From the NCBI GenBank assembly GCA_951406725.2, contig OX597814.1, positions 196,726,001 through 196,790,000 on the forward strand: a stretch of 64,000 nucleotides of DNA. Direction: 5' to 3'. A program made the translations under genes and the position numbers. How positions within the stretch are numbered: the first letter of the stretch is position 1; each line of letters opens with the position of its first letter. Shown one piece after another: positions 55,381-64,000 of the stretch. The notes beneath the pieces are model-generated. The model was not told the DNA's origin. It was given only the letters and a program-made list of their open reading frames with translations, and did not search any database. Source of the stretch: Octopus vulgaris (lineage: Eukaryota).

Positions 55381-56521
55381 TTTTTAAGTCGAAGCTGATG
55401 ATCTTTGTGTTGTTATCGGCGATCGTTCATTGTGGTTGTTGTCAACTCGGATCACCAACTGTCTACGTCTACTCATCTTCTACCTGTCGTCTCGTCTCTG
55501 CTGTCTATCAATGCTCTCTCTGCTGCATCCAAAACCTCGCCGTCAAATAGTCAAGTCAAACTGTGCCGAATTTATACTGATGGATAGACTCAGAAGGAAG
55601 CGGCAAAAGGCTAATCGTCGCTAAGCCTATTCTATGCAAAGTCGTGATAGGTCAGATTTTGTTGGCTACGTGTGTTATGTTCGAGCGAATAGCGGCAACG
55701 TGTGTATTGATGTGACTGCTGAACATTCTCCCTGCAGAAGTGTGGAAATTAATCCATGTGAGACTTCACGGCTCTAGCATCTCTCCTTCATAGTCAGCCT
55801 ATGAACTTCTCAACGCATCTTCATGACTTTCACTCTTCGCGTTTGTTGCTTTACTTCTATATCAGAACGCTTCAAACAAGCTACAACGTTTTTTTACGTT
55901 TTAAATATAGATACTAGGCACAGTTTTTTTTTATAATAAGTGTGAAAGTTTAGTCATCTTATTTGTTGAAACTTCAGTAGGCAGACAATTATTGATTGGG
56001 TGCGCGTTTATCTTTGTACAACACAATTTGGCAACTGGTGTTGGTTTTTTTTACTTCGTGCAACCTAGCTGTTCATCAAAGGAACAGATAGACTAAGCAT
56101 CAGACTTCAAAAATAAATATTCTCGAAATATGCGCTTTAGTTTTCTGCTCTGGAATGCAACGTCCGAACGAAAAGTTCTGTTACATATTTTACAAATATA
56201 TTTTTAAAATGTCCGCCGGAGAAGTTATTAAGAAAAGATCGTGAACTATAAACTAAAAAATTATTCGAATTTTTTCATACTAGGTAAGTATACATATATT
56301 TATGACTTATCCACAAAGAACATCTGAGCCCACCTCCCGTAGCAAGATATTTGAATTTAGAACTGCTGTCATCTGTCACTCTGCGACCTAACAGCGTGGT
56401 AAAAGAATCAGCAATTTGTACAATCAGAAACAACTACAACAATAACGGTTATAAGATAAGCAGCAAAATTACGTCAACATATGCAACGTTGGATGCAAAA
56501 ATTACACTAACACACACACAC

Positions 56522-56563
<42 letters not shown>

Positions 56564-57264
56564 TTGGTTTTGGGATTTGGTTTGCAAGTTTCTTTATATG
56601 AGTTCATGTGTTGAAGCATATTCTGTTGTGTCTGGGGAGGGTCATTTTCTTTTTGTGCCTTATAATTTAACGCACTCGACGCTAAAATTTCCACTTATTT
56701 CTTATAAACATTCTTATAAACATTCCCCTTAGAATCACTTTATGTGAAAAACACACCATTATACTATGCGACGCTGCTTAGTTCCTCTCTATGTGCTTAG
56801 TGACATTAAGCAACCACTCCGAATAAGATGGCTGACAACGATAAAAATGGTCACCAAACCTATAGCCAAAAGCCGTTGTTCACAATCCAGGGATATGTGT
56901 TCCACATTTATTGTTTATAAGGAAAATTCTTTTGTCTCGAGAAAACGTTTGCAGTGTGTCTTTCCATATCCATGCGCACACTAATTTGTTATATACGATC
57001 TTACACGCCTATATTTCATTGAGTGTTGCTTGCTACGGCTTCAATTAATTAAATGCAGATCCACAGAGGTTTGCGCACATCAGCAAATGTATAGTTTGTT
57101 TTTCTAATAAAGAGAAAATGTGTTCTGTGCCACCATACCAGACGGCTCGGTATCTGTTACAGGCGAGACTCAGCGTCGTAGAAATACAGGTGTTCTACGG
57201 TACAATGACTTCATTGAGAGTCCAATGTTATTGTTGCTTCTTCATATATATATAGTCTATAACG

Positions 57265-57660
57265 GTGGAGGCGCAATGGCCCAGTGGTTAGGGCAGCGGA
57301 CTCGCGGTCATAGGATCGCGGTTTCGATTCCCAGACCGGGCGTTGTGAGTGTTTATTGAGCGAAAACACCTAAAAAGCTCCACAAGGCTCCGGCAGGGGA
57401 TGGTGGTGATCCCTGCTGTACTCTTTCACCACAACTTTCTCTCACTCTTACTTCCTGTTTCTGTTGTGCCTGTATTTCAAAGGGCCGGCCTTGTCACTCT
57501 CTGTGTCACGCTGAATATCCCCGAGAACTACGTTAAGGGTACACGTGTCTGTGGAGTGCTCAGCCACTTACACGTTAATTTCACGAGCAGGCTGTTCCGT
57601 TGATTCGGATCAACCGGAATCCTCATCGTCGTAACCGACGGACTGCTTCCATTCCATTCC
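57265..57660 (+). mobile_element. SINE family C, full length, 13-bp TSD
   Basis: ATAGTCTATAACG at 57252-57264 and 57661-57673; (TTCCA)n tail. Confidence 0.9.
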
Positions 57661-58831
57661 ATAGTCTATAACGAGAAGTTTTCTCTCGAGACAATTTCTG
57701 CAGCGTATGTCTTTCCATATTCCGAATACGCACGAACGTGTTAAATACGATATTACACTCTTGTAAATTATTCAAGGATGATTAATGTGCCTGTAATTCA
57801 GCAAATGTTTAGTATTTATTTGTTTTGTAGCTAGTTGTTTAGCTCCAGGTCTGCCCCTCGTTCACCAGACGTAAGACGAGATACGTTCCAGCTCGTAAAA
57901 CACAATTCTGTTTGTTTTACTTTTTATTCTTGTTCGTACGTCAGCCTTTTTATCGACAACATATGATCATATAAATGCTTGTTTACTGTTTCTCATATAT
58001 CCTGCACTTACATAGAAACAGTTCACATCGGTCGGTTGAATGTGCTGCATATCTCATGCCGATCTATATACTTATTAAAATATGTACAAGAGAGGTGCAG
58101 TCGTCTGCCTTTAAGCTACATACTTCGATTTTAATATTTCACTTCGACAAATACTTGGAACAAAGCGGGGTATAGGTCAAAGATAGAAACTATGTATGTA
58201 AAATATATTTGACAGATATTTTTGCCAATATGTTGCTCTGAGCAAAACAGCAATATTTTCTATAATGCAGATTTTTCGTTCCTCCATATTCAACAGAGTA
58301 TTCGGTCTCAGCCATTGATTTATATATCTGATAGAAAATATCAATTAACTTGAGTCTATCGAACATAACTGGAAAGCATTAGACATATTGTAAAAAAAAA
58401 GTTTAATTTGATAATATATATAGCTACGTAAACATACATACATGTATGAGCATATCCATGTGTATACATATACACACGTACATGAATATGTTTATGAATG
58501 CACATTCATATATGTATGTATAAATATATATGTCTCTCTCTCTCTCTATCTATATATATATATATATATGTATACATATGTGTATATATATATATTTGTA
58601 TGTATATTCAAGTATGCATGTGTGTGTATATATATATGTATCTGTGAGTGCATTGTAATAATACATACATGCACACCCACACAAATATATGCATATATAC
58701 ATCATTCACTTGTGTATATAGACACTTGTATACATGCATGCTTGTGCAGTGAATATATCTTTATATATATATATGTGTATGTATATGTATATAATTGTAT
58801 GTGTATGTATATATATATATATATATATGTG

Positions 58832-58904
<73 letters not shown>

Positions 58905-58927
58905 ATATACACGTATATGCATATATA

Positions 58928-58963
<36 letters not shown>

Positions 58964-59084
58964 TGTCTGTATGCAGATACAAGTACTTATCAATGCTACA
59001 ATGAACTTTTTAGCTCACAGTTGTTTCTGCTATAAACTGCAGTGCAATAATGCATGTATGTACGCATGTCTATGTCTATATATT

Positions 59085-59136
<52 letters not shown>

Positions 59137-59237
59137 TGTAAGTGTGTGTGTGTATGTGTGTGTGTGTGAGAGAGAGAGCGCGTGAGAGGGAGAGGAAAAA
59201 TTACTTGTGTGGATGTGTATGCTTCAGATTAAAGCGT

Positions 59238-59430
59238 CAGGTGAGTATATAGAGCCTAGTATGAAATTAAATGAATGACAAAGGAACAGGAAATGATGTT
59301 ATGATCATTTGAGTGCCCTGGGTGCACTGCATCCTGTAACCGAAACAGCTGTAAGATACCGAAGTTAATTACCTCATTTCAAGTTCCTTTGTCATTTAAT
59401 CAATTTCGTATTAATCTCCATACTCACCTG
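59238..59430. repeat. Diverged fold-back with hammerhead 3' half in spacer
   Basis: CAGGTGAGTAT...AATGACAAAGGAAC versus GTTCCTTTGTCATT...ATACTCACCTG; GAAACAGCTGTA at 59342. Confidence 0.7.
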
Positions 59431-59633
59431 TCCTATTTCTCTGATGTATATGCATATTCTGTTTTAAGACTTGGTTATTTGTATCGTTATGCCTTTGCGG
59501 AAATTTAACCCGCACACGCACACACACATATGCATATATATATATTTTTATATATATGTCTATATGTGTTTGCATATGTATTATATATATGTGTGTGTAT
59601 ATGTTTATATATATACATACATATATATATATA

Positions 59634-59669
<36 letters not shown>

Positions 59670-59671
<2 letters not shown>

Positions 59672-59740
59672 TTTATTTAAAGCAACAGAAAATTCAACAA
59701 AACCTGTTACTCTGAGTTTCACGTTCACATTCGTCGGATA
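59670..59740 (-). mobile_element. One-armed homolog of the 39187 element
   Basis: CAGAAAATTCAACAAAA.CTGTTACTCTGAGTTTC shared. Confidence 0.75.
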
Positions 59741-59825
59741 CGGTATATATATATATTTAGAAGGTTTGGAGATGACGTACCGGTATTATATATTAGAAGA
59801 AATGAGGCACTCAGAAATCCGGATG

Positions 59826-60023
59826 GTTTTATAGTTACAGATATTTATTAATATGTCACATGTTTTTATACATCATACATCATATATTAGCTCTTTCGTC
59901 TATTCTAGTGGAGTCTTCAAATATACAGATCAATTTGAAGACTCCACTAGAATGGACGAAAGCGCTAATATATGACATATGATGTATAAAAACTTACTAA
60001 TAAATATCTGTAAATATAAAACC
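59826..60023. mobile_element. Fold-back element, ~90-bp arms, hammerhead-like motif
   Basis: TTGAAGA-cTCCA-CTAGAA-TGGAc-GAAA-GCGC-TA-ATATA with palindromic AGCGCT stem III; mirrored copy at 59883-59925. Confidence 0.8.
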
Positions 60024-60098
60024 GTCGATTTCTGGATTTCTTTTATATATATATATATATTAAAAATATATATATATATGAGTACCTTATTTCTTCTT

Positions 60099-60161
<63 letters not shown>

Positions 60162-61366
60162 TATGTATGAATGCATTTATGTTTGTATGCATGTGTACAT
60201 GTAGAGACACCAGTTCCTTCTTAAGAGGAAGAATTGAAAAAATTAAAAATGGAAGTGAACATACATGTATATCCATAGTTGCATGTGTAGATATGTACAA
60301 GCGCATGTATACACGCAGGATTCAAGTAGTCAGTGGAATCGACGTTCGTAAAGGATTCGCTAAAAACGTCATTGTTTCCTCAAAATTAAAACGTGAATCG
60401 ATCCCAGCCGCTTCTGACTTTCTTCAGATATAAAGAAAAAAATTTAATACCGTAATTAAAATGTTGAAACGAAAGTCATTACTAAATGCAACATAACGTA
60501 ACATTAGGAAGGGATTGGACGTACATAGAGAGCATCACAGCTACATATGTTGTTTACTCTAGTCTTTGTGGAGTTAATTGCAATACAAGTTGGAAGCTTT
60601 GCACGAATTGTTACACTGCATGTTATGGCCATTTTTGTTATTGTTCTCGTTGTTATTGCTCTTGGTGTTGGGTTTGTTTTATATGTTGATCCTTAATTAT
60701 TTCTATAGTAACGAGCGACTCCACCGGCCCAAAATAAATCACACGAAAATCACTAAATATGATGCGATGAACATAAAACAACAATTCAATTAAAAACAAT
60801 CTTTAAATTACAGGAGTATTCATGGATTTATTTTCAGCATATCATGTTGAAATATTAAACCTTAGCAATCATATTTTGATGTTGCTGAGAGTTAATTACT
60901 TAATTGTAATAGCAAAGAAATACAAGATATATCAGAAGGAAAAAAAATTACAACGTAGAAAAGAGGGGAAAAAAAAATGTTTCGCATTTTGAACATACAA
61001 ATGAATTGTTTGGTGATATTACGTGGTGAAATCAATAATGACGTCATCAGTGCGAGGGCGCCTAGCAAGTGTGATTGACCCTACTCCCACGGGTAGGGTT
61101 TAATAACGATTTATATTAAGGGAAATACAAACACACATATACATATACACAGACATATATACACGAACATGTGTATGTATATACATGTGGATGTATGTGA
61201 GTGTGAGTACGTAAAATATGCGAGTAAAATACATTTGCACACGTACACACTCATATACACACAAATAAATATACATATATTTGCATACATACTTACACAC
61301 ACACACAAACATATATATATATATGCATATAATATATATAGAGATGCATGTACTCACATATATAAT

Positions 61367-61468
<102 letters not shown>

Positions 61469-61680
61469 CATATATATATATACACACATACACGCACACA
61501 TAAATACATTCATGCGTACATGCCTACATGCATGTATATATATATATATGCATATATATATATATATGTATATATATACGTATATATACATATGCATATA
61601 CATATATATATATATACACATACACGCAAACATACATACATGCATGCCTACATACATACATGCATGTATATATATATATA

Positions 61681-61744
<64 letters not shown>

Positions 61745-62163
61745 TATATGGATGTGCATATATGCATGCGTGTGTATGAACACGTGCAAAAACATAGTAA
61801 AACACATTTACATAACAAAACATACACATATGTATATGCTAAGAAATAAATTCTTCACGTCAGATTAACAGAACTAGATGTCGGGCTGTGAGAAAATTCT
61901 TGATTGCAATATTGGGGAGAGAGGTGACTACATGGAACTTGAACTTGGATAAATAAAATAATAAGGGAAATACAACCCTAATAATGGAATCCTAGAACAT
62001 AATTTAATTAGAGGGATATCGTGCAATAGTGCACAAATTAACAATCAATACTCAGTGAAGGTTCCAATATTATTGGGAAAATAACGATATCGGAATGGAT
62101 ATTGGCTGCCACACGCATATCTTAATCTGCAGTTATGTTCTGTTTTACGGCTCCATATATATA

Positions 62164-62588
62164 CTCTTTTACTCTTTTACTCTTTACTCTTTTACTTGTT
62201 TCAGTCATGTGACTGCGGCCATGCTGGAGCACCGCCTTTAATCGATCAACTCGACCCCGGGACGTATTCTTTGTAAGCCTAGTACTTATTCTATCGGTCT
62301 CTTTTGCCGAACCGCTAGGTGACGGGGACATAAACACACCAGCATCGGTTGTCAAGCGATGTTGCGGGGACAAACAGCCATACAAACATACACGCACACA
62401 CATATATATATATATACATATGTACGACGGGCTTCTTTCAGTTTCCGTCTACCAAATCCACTCACAAGGCTTTGGTCGGCCCGAGGCTATAGTAGAAGAC
62501 ACTTGGCCAAGGTGCCACGCAGTGGGATTGAACCCGGAACCATGTGGTTGGTAAACAAGCTACTTACCACACAGCCACTGCTGCGCCT
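62164..62588 (-). mobile_element. SINE family A, full length
   Basis: Match to other copies. Confidence 0.9.
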
Positions 62589-62589
62589 A

Positions 62590-62649
<60 letters not shown>

Positions 62650-63189
62650 GTGTGTGTTTATATGCGTAAATATCGAATGATGAAAATGAGTGCTCAACAC
62701 AGCATTGGTGGGTTTATTTCTTTATTGTGATTCATTGGTTTCATGTTAAGAGAAGTAGCAAAATATCCTAGTATCTTAACTATTTTTCAAGCCGATCGAA
62801 AGGAAAAGGTTTTCACATCTATTTTGGTAAATATTCGCGTTTAGTTCACGGGGTTTCCCGTAAATTCATGTTTATAAATCAATGAATCAATGAATCAAGA
62901 AACGTTACTCCTAGGTAGCATCTTTTGAGCAAATCTTTGTGTGGTCAATTTGTTTGCAGCATTTTAGGTTTTAGGTTTGGGTATGGTGTTTTTATAGTTG
63001 GGTGCTGAGGTGGTTCGTCATTGGAGAATATTTCTTCTTTGTGTGGAGTTTGTGTGCTATGTGTATCCAAGTTCGGAAAGGGGCTCTCCTGCTGGGGTTA
63101 CCGTTGCAGATAGGGGCTCTTCTATGAAATATTTTAATGTAAAACGTTGCTTGCGTATACTCATATATATATATATACATACATATATA

Positions 63190-63353
63190 CGACGGGCTTC
63201 TTCTAGTTTTCCGTCTACCAAATCCACTCACAAGGCTTTGATCGGCCCGCGGCTATAGTAGAAGATAATTGCCCAAGGTACCACGAAGTGGGATTGAACC
63301 TAGAACCATGTGACTGGGAAGCAAGAGTCTTACCACACACCCACCCCTGCGCC
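63190..63353 (-). mobile_element. SINE family A, 5' half
   Basis: Match to other copies. Confidence 0.8.
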
Positions 63354-63759
63354 TATAGATATATATACTAATTCCTAGAAAAGAACGTCTTCGAGGTTTC
63401 GGCTAAGCCAACATCGGCTGGTCAAAATTTCGAAGTCACAGTCAAGAATAATAAATTTGCCAAATATGGAATCAGTATGAACCAGAAATCACGTGGTTGC
63501 AAAGTGAGCTTCTTATTCACAAAGTCTTTCTGTTCATGTATATAAAGATTTTGAAGGAATTAAACTATTGTGTTCCTATCCCCCAGTTTAGCGAAGAGTA
63601 CACGTACAGTTAGGCCAGATTTGAAATCGCTCATACACATGAATGTACACCAGCGTCATGGAACACGGACAGAATTAGACGTTTCAGAAAATGGCGGATA
63701 CACAATGCTTAGTCGACAGTGAGAGGGGGACAGAGAGAGAGAGTGAGTAAGAGAAGAGG

Positions 63760-64000
63760 CCATGACTAACCGGCCAGATATTGATGTCAAGAACTGCATC
63801 GTAAATGAAGTATCAGTCCCAACAGATGATAACGTATAACAGAAAAGAGAGATTATTCAAATATAAAGATCTGGATAGAGAGATAATCGCAAAGTGGCGA
63901 CTGAAAACTGAAACAATCGCTATAATAATTGGTGCTTAGGGAATAATAAAATCTCATGCATCAAAATTCCAGATTTATAAATCTGAACAACATAGAGGGA
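63760..64000 (+). pseudogene. Degenerate REL-type LINE C-terminus (R4-like)
   Basis: Across frameshifts: RPDIDV, EVSVPTDDNV, KYKDL.REI, WRLKTETIAIIIGA.GII. Confidence 0.7.

Overview
AT-rich eukaryotic DNA dense in (TA)n, (CATA)n, (TG)n, (AAT)n and (GAAA)n microsatellites and tRNA-headed SINEs. The repeat landscape resembles an octopus/coleoid cephalopod genome (inference from pattern recognition, no database check). I found no host protein-coding exon; nearly all ORFs in the track are microsatellite or SINE artefacts. Real coding remnants are all transposon-derived: piggyBac, Tc1, two maT/DD37D-like elements, a Penelope-like (PLE) RT fragment, two RTE-like LINE ends and two REL-type LINE ends. 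There are also three ~385-bp non-autonomous Helitrons and a mariner-type MITE. The most striking unannotated signal is a dispersed set of short fold-back insertions, mostly beside (TA)n, carrying minimal type-I hammerhead ribozyme motifs of the PLE terminal-repeat kind. These include canonical cores, two unrelated copies with a compensatory U3-A8 core, and a three-copy family lacking A6. All folds were assigned by eye and coordinates are hand-counted.
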